Source: a virus
Lineage: Duplodnaviria > Heunggongvirae > Uroviricota > Caudoviricetes
DNA: 64,000 bases
Virus record (IMG/VR): IMGVR_UViG_3300029288_000059
Coordinates: 1-64,000 of that record
Reading direction: 5' to 3' (one strand)
This document shows, piece after piece, positions 39,632-50,227 of the stretch (the first letter of the stretch is position 1; the number at the start of each line of letters is the position of its first letter). A model generated the notes under the pieces. The model saw only the letters and a list, made by a program, of their open reading frames with translations, made no database searches and was not told the origin of the DNA. A program made the translations under genes and the position numbers.

Positions 39632-39820
39632 ATGGTTGATATAGTAGAACGCGAAGACGTATTGGTAGCACTAGATGCGGCCAAAGATAAAGGATTGGAT
39701 ATATCTTATTGGGATATGGAATATATTTTACAACGTAGCACTCGTATTTTGGATACTCGTGAATTAGAACGCGAAGTTGACCGGTTGAACGACCGTATTG
39801 AATATTTAGAAGAACATTAA
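39632..39820 (+). CDS. small hypothetical protein
   Basis: ORF with AAGG RBS. Confidence 0.6.
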   Translation: MVDIVEREDVLVALDAAKDKGLDISYWDMEYILQRSTRILDTRELEREVDRLNDRIEYLEEH

Positions 39821-39888
39821 TAGCTATTGACTCTTAGTTATAATTATGTTATTACTAATGTTATGTAATTACAACTTAGGAGATTAAC

Positions 39889-39972
39889 ATGATTAAAATT
39901 ACAGCTAATAATGTTCATACATTCAAAGGTAAGACATTAAATGATACCGTTATCATTGATGGTAATTCCTGA
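39889..39972 (+). pseudogene. truncated paralogue of the 38395-39582 gene
   Basis: MIKITANNVHTFKGKTLNDTVIIDGNS* aligns with MIINKDNVASFIGQTITEPVEIDGSSW; own promoter and AGGAG RBS. Confidence 0.7.
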
Positions 39973-40040
39973 AAGTTGGTCAAATTGGTTTGGCACATTT
40001 ACAAAGCCAACCACTACAAAATAAAAATATAATTACTTAT

Positions 40041-40077
40041 AAAATAGTGGGAATTAAAAACCCCACTATTTTTTTTT
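40041..40077. terminator. bidirectional terminator
   Basis: AAAATAGTGGG...CCCACTATTTTTTTTT. Confidence 0.75.
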
Positions 40078-40079
40078 GA

Positions 40080-42260
40080 TTACTTATTCCATAAACCGAG
40101 TTCTGCTAATCTTTGTGCAGCTGATACACCCATAGCCAAACTATTACCCGATGTATATGATTTCCAGTAAGTTGGTACTTCTGCCCAACTATTATTCTTA
40201 AGTGAATTTAACAATGCCGAACCATTACTTAATGAACCAACATTAGAATATAAACTAACTAATGCACTAAATTGATTTGTTGTAAAATTACATCCAGGTA
40301 ATTGAGTTTGTATCATCTTTTGTGCATAAGTTAAATCTTGTGTATATAATTGTTGTGTTTGCAATGTTGTTAATCCACCACTAGCAAAATTAACAATATT
40401 CCCACCTATTAATACGGTACCAGTCAACAATTCATCTGCCGTTAATGTATGGTCTACACCAATCTTACTAATGCCATTATCCGTATACGTTGTATTAGAA
40501 CCAGTCCCTTTAAGATTAGTTAAGTTTTTAAACACTTCATCGTTATTAGCTACTGATAATTGTGAAACAGGTGTAGTTATTAATGTTTGTGTTGTATCTA
40601 GTGTATAGACTGGTTTATTCTGTGTAGCATCAACTAATTTATAAACACCAGCGGGTTTAATCCCATCAGGACTACCTTTAATAACTTTTGGATAATCTTT
40701 AACAATATCTTTACTATTAGCAACAGTAACAGGAGGCGTTACTGTCTCATTTGGTTTAGGTAATTTACGTTCTTGTGTAGCATGAAGTTTGAATGGTTCA
40801 TGTTGTGGTATTCTACTTACAATCGTATCAGTAGTGGTTTCATTCCATTCCTTACTAGTTGTTTCATATTTGTTATCTTCAAACGTTTGTAATGGTAACG
40901 GTTCTATTGTTTTAGTATCACTTGGAAATGATGTATAAATTTTATCAATATTAGCAGTTGCTTCACTTGTATAATCGGGTAAAGTACTTTCAAGTGTAGG
41001 TGATGGATTTGCAATAGGATAAACAACTGCTGTATGGCAAGGTTTTGCCCCTCCATTTTTATACGTTGAGTAGCTATCTGCAATATAGTCATTAGTAACA
41101 TCTTTACCGTAATAATTAACAGTTTCACCAATAGTGTAGTTGAATACATCACCGCCAATATCGTAAAACACTGTATTATTAACAGTAAGATTATAGTTTA
41201 ACGATGTCTGATAATAATCCCCCGTTGATAGATTATAGTCATGTGTTGATTGAATAGTGATATTATTGTTAGCTTTAACGTTTATATCATTTGATTCTAT
41301 ATTGGTTGTTTCGGTTGCTTTAAGTTTTATATTGTTAGCTTCGACGTTAAACGTGCCATTAGCATAATGATTAATATCACCCTCACTTCTAAATGAAATA
41401 CTTTCTTTAGCATAACAATCAATATTGCCGTCATTGGATAATTCTAACCATGTATTGCCGTCTTTTGTAATACAATAGATGTTACCGTATGTTTCACTTA
41501 ATAATACTTGAGTACCACTTCGTGTTCTAATACGAATTAACTCACCATTACGTTTACCACCATCATGTGCTGGATTTGCCTTACCATCTTTACTAGTATT
41601 AACCTTTTTATCTTTAAACCAACCAGGCATATTTAATTCTTCATCAGTCCAACCGTCATCTAATACGAATTGACTACCTCTTGGCGTTAATATACCCCAA
41701 CAACGGGAAGGTGATTCTCTTCTACTAGAGGATGTTCCACCCCCCCTCAAATAGTCATCCGTTAAACCTTGTTTATTTAACCCAGTCTTTAATGGTTTAT
41801 ATGATTGTGGTTTTTGTTTGGAATTATGTTTATTAACTTCGGTTGCAGCCAATAAATCATCTTGTGTTGTTCCAATACCAGGAACCATTTGATTCATACC
41901 CATATTGGGTACACTTGCAAAATAATACAATTCAAAGTTATTAACTGCTACTTGAGTAAATGCAACCAAAACAATATTACCCTTATCAGGTACAGGAAAC
42001 CATGTGCCATACGATTTTGGACTTTCACTAGAAACATTAGGTTCTAAGTATGGAGTATTACCAAATGACATCGGAGCATAATTGGCATATAACCAATTAC
42101 TAGAATCACTCTTATCATACGGACTTGATAGTAACCAAACTTTAACTATTCCATTATGAGTTTCATCTCTATTATCCATAATCTCAGCTTGATGTATTTT
42201 TGAAGTATCAAATACTGAATTTAATGAACTATACTGTTTTTGTGTTAAATAAGTTGCCAT
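40080..42260 (-). CDS. gp5/VgrG-like baseplate spike with C-terminal GH24-like domain
   Basis: OB-fold (D....G.VKV...SYG.WF..PD.G..VLV.F), beta-helix repeats, NQFSALVSL..N.G. Confidence 0.8.
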   Translation of the reverse strand: MATYLTQKQYSSLNSVFDTSKIHQAEIMDNRDETHNGIVKVWLLSSPYDKSDSSNWLYANYAPMSFGNTPYLEPNVSSESPKSYGTWFPVPDKGNIVLVAFTQVAVNNFELYYFASVPNMGMNQMVPGIGTTQDDLLAATEVNKHNSKQKPQSYKPLKTGLNKQGLTDDYLRGGGTSSSRRESPSRCWGILTPRGSQFVLDDGWTDEELNMPGWFKDKKVNTSKDGKANPAHDGGKRNGELIRIRTRSGTQVLLSETYGNIYCITKDGNTWLELSNDGNIDCYAKESISFRSEGDINHYANGTFNVEANNIKLKATETTNIESNDINVKANNNITIQSTHDYNLSTGDYYQTSLNYNLTVNNTVFYDIGGDVFNYTIGETVNYYGKDVTNDYIADSYSTYKNGGAKPCHTAVVYPIANPSPTLESTLPDYTSEATANIDKIYTSFPSDTKTIEPLPLQTFEDNKYETTSKEWNETTTDTIVSRIPQHEPFKLHATQERKLPKPNETVTPPVTVANSKDIVKDYPKVIKGSPDGIKPAGVYKLVDATQNKPVYTLDTTQTLITTPVSQLSVANNDEVFKNLTNLKGTGSNTTYTDNGISKIGVDHTLTADELLTGTVLIGGNIVNFASGGLTTLQTQQLYTQDLTYAQKMIQTQLPGCNFTTNQFSALVSLYSNVGSLSNGSALLNSLKNNSWAEVPTYWKSYTSGNSLAMGVSAAQRLAELGLWNK

Positions 42261-42263
42261 AAA

Positions 42264-44405
42264 TTAACCCTTCAAATACTTTTGGACTGTACTGTTGTTA
42301 GAATTAACTATATCGGAAGATGATATATCGGATAACTTAAACATATCTAATACTTGAGTAAATTTACCACTATCGAATGTCGATTGTACTGTGCGTACTG
42401 AATATATACCTTTTAAGAACATACTATCCTTAATCATCAATTCACCCGTATCCTCATCTAATTTATTGACTGTCTTAAATGCAATCATTACATTGGGTGG
42501 TTCTAATACGGTCTTGTCTATACCAGGAATATTATAACTGGAATTATCTTTAGTATAACGAGTAGTATGATTTTTATTTTTAGTATTAATAGTAGTACCC
42601 AAATATATAGGATCGCCTTTAATCGTCAAACTCATTTGAAGCATACAAGTAGTTGAATATGCCTGTTCCAATGCATTCATTCTTGTTTCTGCTTTAAGAT
42701 TAGGATTGATTGGCCCGGATTTATTACCACTATTTGTTTGTGGGGTACTCACATTCTGTGGTATCTTCAACGAAGTTGTATCGCTTAAACTATTAACACT
42801 GGAATCAACATCACTCAAATATGTTATACGATTAGTCTTATTACTAGATGTACCACCATTACTAGATTGTGTTGTATTTGAAGTCTTAGTCAAGGAATTA
42901 TTATCGGATGAGTTTGATAATTTATTAGATGAATTAGACGCGACACTTTTATCATTAGTACTTGTGCCATTTGTTGATTTAGTAATATCTGTTACATTTG
43001 TATCCTTTGGATTTAACTGTGATATTTGGGCCGTTGTATTGGCTGAAAATTGTGTTAATCCTCTTGATAAGATAGACATATAAGCAATGTCTAAGTTTAT
43101 CTTACAATCTAATACACTGTCATTCTTACCTGTATAGATGTAATTATATTTTCTAATCAAACGTTTAGCCACGTCATCAATAATAGTGTTCTTGTCTATA
43201 TTTGATGAAATTATGTTGGTATCAATCTTATCATTAACAACTGGAATTAAGTAATATGTAGTTATACCAATAGGTTCTTTAGTGACTTCATGTACTTTTT
43301 TAAGTTCAAAAATTGGGACTACACGAATAACCGTTTTAGTTTTATTAGTAGCCTTATCTTCATGGACATATACTAAATCGTTTGATATCTTTTCTACTAT
43401 GGTTTGTATGGTGTCATTTGTTAAAAATGTATAGGTTCTTTTATCAGTTGACACATTATCAATTTGTTGATTGGTAGATGGAATATCGATAAATTTAGAA
43501 TTGAATATTTCTAAACTTTTATCATACGCAAATTGGACATAGGTCGATAATCCCCAATGTTTCAACTTACCATTCTTTAAATTATTATTAATAGTATCTT
43601 GTATATTGGATAGTAATTTAGAAAATGTATCTAAATTTTTATCAGGTAAGTCAATCGTTATAGCATTATTAAGTACAAATGAATTAGTATCAAATCCTAA
43701 TTGGTCGTACGCAATAGTAGACATTTTATATAAAGTAGAACCTGTATTAACCGTTGGTACGATATTCAACAACTTCAATGGGAACTCGTATTGTAATTGA
43801 ATACCATCTTTATCATTTAGTAACGGTTTAGCTTCACCTGTTTCTGTATCATAACCATTAAATGATAGATGAAGTATTAATGGCATACTTGAGATAGACC
43901 CTTGATAATTATAACTATGTGAGTATGCCAATAATTGGTCTAGTAAATTAATTCCAAATGGTTCTACTAATGTAAAGTCTATATTGGTTGTAGTGACATT
44001 TTTAGTTAGTGAATTAGAGGCAAGAATTGTATTAATGGTTAAATTATCAATCCCTATCTCGGTTACACCCGATTTAGCAATTACTAACTTTTCTTGAAAT
44101 TCATACGTACTACCACTATTACGAGCATTTGTATATTGAATCATATCTGAACAGGATGGTATGAATAATTCTAAATTATAACTGACGTTGTCATAATCAT
44201 TTAATGGATTTTGTGGTACATCACTTGTATCTTCAGAAGAAGCATGAGACGAGTATTTCGTAGCCGTATCATCGTTTTTAGGTACACTGGAGGCGAATCT
44301 ATTGTTAGTATTAGTAATTGTAGTATTCGTAGTATTCGTTGTATTACCCTCTACATTCGCCGTAGATTTAAACTTATTAGGTACATACGTAATATTATCA
44401 GCCAT
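42264..44405 (-). CDS. baseplate hub-like protein (gp27-like)
   Basis: NPL..Y..Y...L, EPFG..L, Y.YIYTG.N, I.GDP.YL, G.Y.V..V.S.F..GKFTQ.L; adjacent to gp5. Confidence 0.65.
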   Translation of the reverse strand: MADNITYVPNKFKSTANVEGNTTNTTNTTITNTNNRFASSVPKNDDTATKYSSHASSEDTSDVPQNPLNDYDNVSYNLELFIPSCSDMIQYTNARNSGSTYEFQEKLVIAKSGVTEIGIDNLTINTILASNSLTKNVTTTNIDFTLVEPFGINLLDQLLAYSHSYNYQGSISSMPLILHLSFNGYDTETGEAKPLLNDKDGIQLQYEFPLKLLNIVPTVNTGSTLYKMSTIAYDQLGFDTNSFVLNNAITIDLPDKNLDTFSKLLSNIQDTINNNLKNGKLKHWGLSTYVQFAYDKSLEIFNSKFIDIPSTNQQIDNVSTDKRTYTFLTNDTIQTIVEKISNDLVYVHEDKATNKTKTVIRVVPIFELKKVHEVTKEPIGITTYYLIPVVNDKIDTNIISSNIDKNTIIDDVAKRLIRKYNYIYTGKNDSVLDCKINLDIAYMSILSRGLTQFSANTTAQISQLNPKDTNVTDITKSTNGTSTNDKSVASNSSNKLSNSSDNNSLTKTSNTTQSSNGGTSSNKTNRITYLSDVDSSVNSLSDTTSLKIPQNVSTPQTNSGNKSGPINPNLKAETRMNALEQAYSTTCMLQMSLTIKGDPIYLGTTINTKNKNHTTRYTKDNSSYNIPGIDKTVLEPPNVMIAFKTVNKLDEDTGELMIKDSMFLKGIYSVRTVQSTFDSGKFTQVLDMFKLSDISSSDIVNSNNSTVQKYLKG

Positions 44406-44689
44406 TATGCACCAACCATTTTAAGCATTCTAACTTTGGTTGGAATACGAATGGTAATTCCTGTTTTAAAATCAAATACCATATCCCGTAATATTTCTTG
44501 ATTCATCTGTTTAAGTACGAATGCATACGTATTATCTCCGTATGTATCATAACAGAATTTACCAGGTTTAAAATTATACGTAGTTGTGATAGTATAAAAA
44601 GTATCAGTATCATCATTAGGAGTATTAATTGGGTCTAACGGTGCCATATACCATGTTATAGAATTTGTATTTTTATATGGATTTGTCAT
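44405..44689 (-). CDS. gp53-like baseplate wedge (LysM-like) protein
   Basis: Y...P....YD.YG.....N.....D...DF..G..I.IP. Confidence 0.72.
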   Translation of the reverse strand: MTNPYKNTNSITWYMAPLDPINTPNDDTDTFYTITTTYNFKPGKFCYDTYGDNTYAFVLKQMNQEILRDMVFDFKTGITIRIPTKVRMLKMVGA

Positions 44690-45433
44690 TTAGCACCACC
44701 CTGGAGTTTTTAATAATTCCCCACTTTTAAACGCATTAAGATCAAATTCTTTTCGAATCTTAGTAGGGTTTGTTTGTACAACTAAGTTAATTGTTATATC
44801 ACATTTATATGGAACTTTAGTTTCTTCATCATTATCATCAAATACAGATTGATAATCAACATCTGATGGTAATGGGAATGAGTAAGACTCAATAATAACA
44901 GGTACTTCATTATACATATACTTACCATAGGCACTAAACAATAGGACTGGTGGTACTATTCCCGCCCGTTCTTCCGCTTTAATCCCTTGTTCCATTTTAG
45001 TAAATGAACGCAAGAAGTGTCTTGTTTCTAACATTAAACGTGCATTTTCTTTTGAGTTAGCAACGAACAACCCATTGATTGATATCGTAGGTGATTTATT
45101 ATTAGTGAAACTACGATAATCATAATTGTTATGAGTAAATTGCATTACTTCCCAATTAGATGAATTGGTTTCGGTAATACTAGGGGTAAATGGAAATATC
45201 AACCCACCCATCTCTTTTATAGTGGACATGAATGTATTATCACTATAAAGAGTATCACTCTTGGGTTTTAGTATTGCATACCATTTTTTAGTAGAAGTTG
45301 TATTGGTAGATGAACTATTATTCGAGGAAGATGATTGTGTTTCAACATCATCTGTATTAGTGGATGAAGTTGTTTGATTCTCAATACTAGAAGCGGAACC
45401 ATTAGATGGAAATGAAATACTACCTGAACTCAT
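44690..45433 (-). CDS. baseplate/tail-tube initiator-like protein (gp48/gp54-like)
   Basis: G.IFPFTP.I, HFLRS.TKM..G...G..PPVL..SAYG...VPVII.S. Confidence 0.65.
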   Translation of the reverse strand: MSSGSISFPSNGSASSIENQTTSSTNTDDVETQSSSSNNSSSTNTTSTKKWYAILKPKSDTLYSDNTFMSTIKEMGGLIFPFTPSITETNSSNWEVMQFTHNNYDYRSFTNNKSPTISINGLFVANSKENARLMLETRHFLRSFTKMEQGIKAEERAGIVPPVLLFSAYGKYMYNEVPVIIESYSFPLPSDVDYQSVFDDNDEETKVPYKCDITINLVVQTNPTKIRKEFDLNAFKSGELLKTPGWC

Positions 45434-45448
45434 ACGTTACTCCTCGTT

Positions 45449-45464
45449 TATATTTATAAATATA
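45449..45464. promoter_or_regulatory. palindromic bidirectional late promoter TATATTTATAAATATA
   Basis: Identical to 33785-33800; lies between divergent genes. Confidence 0.75.
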
Positions 45465-45468
45465 GAAT

Positions 45469-46209
45469 ATGGTGAATTGGAGTATGAATATGCCAGTAAG
45501 TAAGACTAAAGAAAGAACTAAATCAACCATCGATTTGGATTTTTTAAATCCTCAAAATAACCCACTTACGACGAGTAAGAGTAGTTCTAATTCTATAAGT
45601 AGTGAAGATGAATTTCTTAGTAATAAATCAAAGACTTCACCGACAATTAGAACTGATGCCAAAACACGGGCAATGGCACAAAATTCAATGCGTGATTTGA
45701 TGAATATTGTTACGGATTATGATGTCCCTACTCCTAATAAAACCGAACAATCTGAACCCGATACGAAGAATGCATTAACAGTAAAAGATACTTCATTATG
45801 GAATAATAAAAATAATAGAGTAACTCCAAATCTTAAGATGCCCAAATATACCACAGTCGACCAATTACCAGGCACAGTACAACAGGGCATACGAAAATTA
45901 GGACAAGACCTATTTAATTCGTTTAATGGTGCCCCTTTAGACCAAATTAAAGTATGGTCTACTTTTACTAATGATAAAGAAGATATGAGTATGGTATCAC
46001 AATATGTAAAAGCTAAAGGGATACGTGATGACGATGCTAATATTGATTTTAGTAACGTATTACCCGGATATACTGCTAAAGTTTCAATTTGGAATACGGA
46101 TGAAAATACGTTTATGTTTGTTAAGGATAAGATGGGTGAATATGTATACTCTTGGCCTGCGGGTAGAGGTAGTAAACTAACGAATAACACGTCAAATCGT
46201 ATTAAATGA
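45469..46209 (+). CDS. late hypothetical (virion) protein
   Basis: ORF after the late promoter; GGAG RBS before MNMPV. Confidence 0.65.
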   Translation: MVNWSMNMPVSKTKERTKSTIDLDFLNPQNNPLTTSKSSSNSISSEDEFLSNKSKTSPTIRTDAKTRAMAQNSMRDLMNIVTDYDVPTPNKTEQSEPDTKNALTVKDTSLWNNKNNRVTPNLKMPKYTTVDQLPGTVQQGIRKLGQDLFNSFNGAPLDQIKVWSTFTNDKEDMSMVSQYVKAKGIRDDDANIDFSNVLPGYTAKVSIWNTDENTFMFVKDKMGEYVYSWPAGRGSKLTNNTSNRIK

Positions 46210-46222
46210 AGGACCCGTTAGT

Positions 46223-47521
46223 ATGGTAAACATCTTAAAATTAATAAACGAATATAGGGTCTATAACGATACTGCTTTAAGTGACTACTTGAAACAATAC
46301 ATTCAAAACCCATATCTTTATAAGTTATTTTATAAAGAAATATCTAATAATACCCAATATATGTCTAAAATAACATCTAAACTTACTAATGAATGGGATA
46401 TTAAAGACAGAGAACAAGATACATTACGCGAATTTGAACCAAATGACAACTTAACCAATCAATTAACCCATATAAGGGACTGGTTGACAGCTAGTAATCC
46501 AAATCCAGCCACATTTAACACTATTAAAAATATTGATATGGCTTTTAATATAGCCGACACGTGGTTTAATAAACAAAAAGTGACTAATACACAAGATGGC
46601 GTATCAGGCACTAAATTAATACATACATATAGTGATGGTTATAAGATATTACAACTGCTTACTCCAACAGCACTTGATTACGAGTCACAACACATGGGGC
46701 ATTGTGTGGGTAAAGGGACTTATGATACTAAAGTTACTAGTGGTGATACGATAATATACTCATTACGTGATACTAAAAATATACCCCATGCCACATTGGA
46801 AGTAACTGATAACACACTTAAACAAATAAAAGGTAAGCAAAATCAACCAGTTGTTGAGAAATATCGCGACTATATAACAGATTTTATTAATCTTAATAAC
46901 TTTAAAGATGTTAATGATGTTAAAAATATTGGCATGATTAAATTAGATAACAAAGTATATACACTCAAACAACTTTATGAAATGAAAGATATTATTGTAG
47001 AAGGAAATGTTGATTTATCGAAGTTGGGATTAACCACGTTACCTCATTTCAAAAGCATAGGCGGTATATTTGATTGTGGTGATAACAAATTAACAAGTTT
47101 AGATGGATGCCCAACTTATATAGGTGGTTATTTAGATTGTAGAGGTAACCAATTAACAAGTTTAAAGGGTTGTGCTACTTATATAGGTGGTAGTTTTGAT
47201 TGTCGTTATAACCAATTAACAAGTTTAAAGGGATGTCCTACTAGTATAGGTGGTGGTTTTGTTTGTAGTTTTAACCAACTAACAAGTTTAGAAGGTTGTG
47301 CTACCCGTATAGGTGGTGGGTTTCATTGTCGTTATAACCAATTAACAAGTTTAAAGGGATGTCCTACTAGTATAGGTGGTGGTTTTGTTTGTAGTTTTAA
47401 CCAACTAACAAGTTTAGACGGATGCCCAACTTATATAGGCGGTATATTTGATTGTGGTAATAACAAAGTTAAATTATCACGTCCTAAAGGAGTTAAGATT
47501 AGGGGTAATTTTTATAATTAA
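46223..47521 (+). CDS. PcfJ-like domain plus 21-aa LRR protein (paralogue B)
   Basis: Same length as and colinear with 3001-4299. Confidence 0.8.
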   Translation: MVNILKLINEYRVYNDTALSDYLKQYIQNPYLYKLFYKEISNNTQYMSKITSKLTNEWDIKDREQDTLREFEPNDNLTNQLTHIRDWLTASNPNPATFNTIKNIDMAFNIADTWFNKQKVTNTQDGVSGTKLIHTYSDGYKILQLLTPTALDYESQHMGHCVGKGTYDTKVTSGDTIIYSLRDTKNIPHATLEVTDNTLKQIKGKQNQPVVEKYRDYITDFINLNNFKDVNDVKNIGMIKLDNKVYTLKQLYEMKDIIVEGNVDLSKLGLTTLPHFKSIGGIFDCGDNKLTSLDGCPTYIGGYLDCRGNQLTSLKGCATYIGGSFDCRYNQLTSLKGCPTSIGGGFVCSFNQLTSLEGCATRIGGGFHCRYNQLTSLKGCPTSIGGGFVCSFNQLTSLDGCPTYIGGIFDCGNNKVKLSRPKGVKIRGNFYN

Positions 47522-47632
47522 ACTTTAACTTTTTATGTAGTTAATAAATAAAACAATTTGACATTCAAATATATCTCGTTATTATAGAATAACGTTCAAC
47601 TATTATGAACTAATTCTATAAGGGGTAGTACA

Positions 47633-48475
47633 ATGGCTAAGACTAATTATATATCAAATAAGAATCTATTAAGAGAAATTAATAACTCAAAGATGACTTA
47701 CTGTCAAGTATTGGATAAGAAATACCATGTATTTGATTATATTACGGAAGATTTAACTAATATTACTGATGAATTATTTCAAGAAATCAAAACTAAACGT
47801 AAAAGTAGACTCGAAGGAATTGAGATTGATAAGTTAAATAAGAAGAGTAAAACTTACCAACAAGAAAGAGCTAGTATTAATATTGATGTTAATGACGAAG
47901 ATGTAGTTATACGATTAATGACCAAAGAACATATAATTCCCTATATTACTGGTAAGATTAAGATTAACTTCCCCCCATTTAAACATTTTATTAAACAAGA
48001 TAATCAATGGGTAGAAGTTGTTCGTTCTCATTGGGAAGGTGATTTCACAACAGGTAAGTTAAATTTAAATAAGGGTAAATTATCAAATGAACTAGTTTTA
48101 ATGTTTATGGCATTAGCAAAGAGATATTCTTTTGTGGGTAAGTTTAGAGATTATACTTATAGAGAAGATATGGTAAGTGAAGCAACATTACATCTATGCA
48201 TTAATTGTTTAAAATTTAATGAGAGTCGTTCGGATAATCCATTTTCATTCTATACAACGTTAGTTACCAACTGTTTCAAAGCAACTTTAAAGATTGAAGC
48301 TAAATATCGAGATTTAAAAGATGATATTGCAATGGAAAATAATATGCCTGCATCATTTAACTCACAAGATTATCTTATTGAGGAAGCAAGTAAAGCATAT
48401 TACTCTAATGACCAAAGTTATGGACATAGTGTCTTTGTAGACGCAGAAAAAGGTATAGTTACAAATGATTTATAA
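47633..48475 (+). CDS. late-transcription sigma factor (T4 gp55-like)
   Basis: NY.SNK.LL.EI, RY....FR.YTY.EDM, F....S.NPF.FYT. Confidence 0.85.
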   Translation: MAKTNYISNKNLLREINNSKMTYCQVLDKKYHVFDYITEDLTNITDELFQEIKTKRKSRLEGIEIDKLNKKSKTYQQERASINIDVNDEDVVIRLMTKEHIIPYITGKIKINFPPFKHFIKQDNQWVEVVRSHWEGDFTTGKLNLNKGKLSNELVLMFMALAKRYSFVGKFRDYTYREDMVSEATLHLCINCLKFNESRSDNPFSFYTTLVTNCFKATLKIEAKYRDLKDDIAMENNMPASFNSQDYLIEEASKAYYSNDQSYGHSVFVDAEKGIVTNDL

Positions 48476-49208
48476 TGAAGATTGTCTTATTGGATTAAAA
48501 CGTATTCCTGATAAGTCGATTGACGCTTGTATTACAGACCCACCGTATTCATTAAATAAAGATTATGGTAATGATTCAGATAAGTTATCAAAGGCAGATT
48601 ACTTAGCATTTATGTATGAGTGGATTGATGAAGTTGATAGAGTATTAAAAGATAATGGTAGTTTTTATATCTTCTTGTCATGGCAATATAGTCCTGAGAT
48701 ATTTTCATATATTAAAACAAAGATGAATATGGTTAATGAAATTATATGGGACCGTAGAGTTCCTAGTATGGGAGGGTCTACAAGAAGTTATTCATCAGTA
48801 CATGATAATATTGGATTCTTTGTTAAGGGTAAAGGATATACTTTTAATATAGATGATATTAGAATTCCTTATGATGAAGAAACAAAAAAGAAACGGTCAA
48901 GAAAACGATTTGAGGGTGCCAAATGGTTGGAACTAGGTTGTAATCCTAAAGATGTATGGTCAATTAGTAGAATACATGGTCAATCACAAGAACGTCAACC
49001 CCATCCTACCCAAAAACCATTAGAGTTGATTAACCGTTTAGTATTAGCAAGTTCAAATGAGAATGATACAATATTAGACCCGTTTCTTGGTAGTGGTACC
49101 ACTGCAATTTCCTGTATAAATTTAAAGAGAAATATTATTGGATTTGAATTGAATCCAATATACTATACTCAAGTACTTAAAAGAATACAGGATAATAGTA
49201 ATGGATAA
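48465..49208 (+). CDS. DNA methyltransferase, N4/N6 beta class
   Basis: TDPPY before HPTQKP and DPFLGSGTT. Confidence 0.92.
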   Translation: MIYNEDCLIGLKRIPDKSIDACITDPPYSLNKDYGNDSDKLSKADYLAFMYEWIDEVDRVLKDNGSFYIFLSWQYSPEIFSYIKTKMNMVNEIIWDRRVPSMGGSTRSYSSVHDNIGFFVKGKGYTFNIDDIRIPYDEETKKKRSRKRFEGAKWLELGCNPKDVWSISRIHGQSQERQPHPTQKPLELINRLVLASSNENDTILDPFLGSGTTAISCINLKRNIIGFELNPIYYTQVLKRIQDNSNG

Positions 49209-50226
49209 TTTATTTGAGCGAGCGATAGTATTTTCCGATTTACATTTGGGATTGAAGAATAATAGTAAGGAACATAATGTAGATTGTACTAAGTATATTG
49301 ATTGGTTAATTAAAGAGAATAAAACTCTTAAGGCGGAAACATTATTATTCCTTGGTGATTTTCATCATGTTAGGAATGCCATATATACGAGTACATTGGA
49401 TTATAGTATTCGAATTTTACGCAAATTATCAAAGAATTTTAAGGATGTATATTTCTTAGTTGGTAATCACGATATGCACTTTCGTGATAAACGTGATATT
49501 ACGTCATTAGAGTTTTTACGTGAATATCCAAATATACACTTAATTGATGAACCTACTTCGGTTGGTAATTGCTTATTACTTCCATGGTTAATTGATGATG
49601 AATGGAAGGAAGTTCCGAAGAGTGAAGCCAAATATGTATTTGGTCATTTAGAATTACCGGATTTCTTCCTCAATGCAAAAATAGTTATGAGTGACAAGGG
49701 TGAGCTAAATAGTAAATTATTAATGAACCCCGATTATGTATTCTCAGGACATTTTCATAAACGTCAAAAGAGAGATAAGGTTGTATATATCGGGAATGCA
49801 TTCCCTCATAATTATGCCGATATTGGGGATGAGAATGAACGTGGCTTTATGTTTTTAAAATGGGACGAAACACCAAGATTCCATACATGGCCGGAAACAC
49901 CAAAATATATGAATGCAAGTCTTGTTTATATATTGAATAATTTAGGAATGTTGGATTCCAAAACATTTTTAAAAATACAAATTCCAAGTGATATAAACGC
50001 ACTTGATATTGCTTATGTAAAAGAAACATTGTTATCATATTTTAAATTAAGGGAAGCATCCTTAGTTTTTACAAATGACGTATATGATAGTATAGAGGGG
50101 ACGATTGATGATATGGACAATGAAGAATTTGAAAGCATAGACGATATAATTATTACTTTACTTCGTAACGTAGAATCAAGTACACTAGATAAAGAAATGT
50201 TAGTGGACTTATATGGGATGTTATGA
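49201..50226 (+). CDS. recombination nuclease gp47 (Mre11/SbcD-like)
   Basis: SDLHLG, LGD, GNHD, FGH, SGHFH. Confidence 0.9.
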   Translation: MDNLFERAIVFSDLHLGLKNNSKEHNVDCTKYIDWLIKENKTLKAETLLFLGDFHHVRNAIYTSTLDYSIRILRKLSKNFKDVYFLVGNHDMHFRDKRDITSLEFLREYPNIHLIDEPTSVGNCLLLPWLIDDEWKEVPKSEAKYVFGHLELPDFFLNAKIVMSDKGELNSKLLMNPDYVFSGHFHKRQKRDKVVYIGNAFPHNYADIGDENERGFMFLKWDETPRFHTWPETPKYMNASLVYILNNLGMLDSKTFLKIQIPSDINALDIAYVKETLLSYFKLREASLVFTNDVYDSIEGTIDDMDNEEFESIDDIIITLLRNVESSTLDKEMLVDLYGML

Positions 50227-50227
50227 T

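Noticed and set aside
39970-39972. TGA-to-Trp recoding of the genome
   Set aside because: TGA terminates several intact genes at expected lengths (lysozyme, gp55, gp47) and core genes are unbroken in code 11
3001-47521. Diversity-generating retroelement (TR/VR pair) between the two PcfJ-LRR copies or on the Mtd-N-like tailspike
   Set aside because: Differences are not adenine-specific (many C/T synonymous changes), both copies are full ORFs, and no reverse transcriptase is in the window
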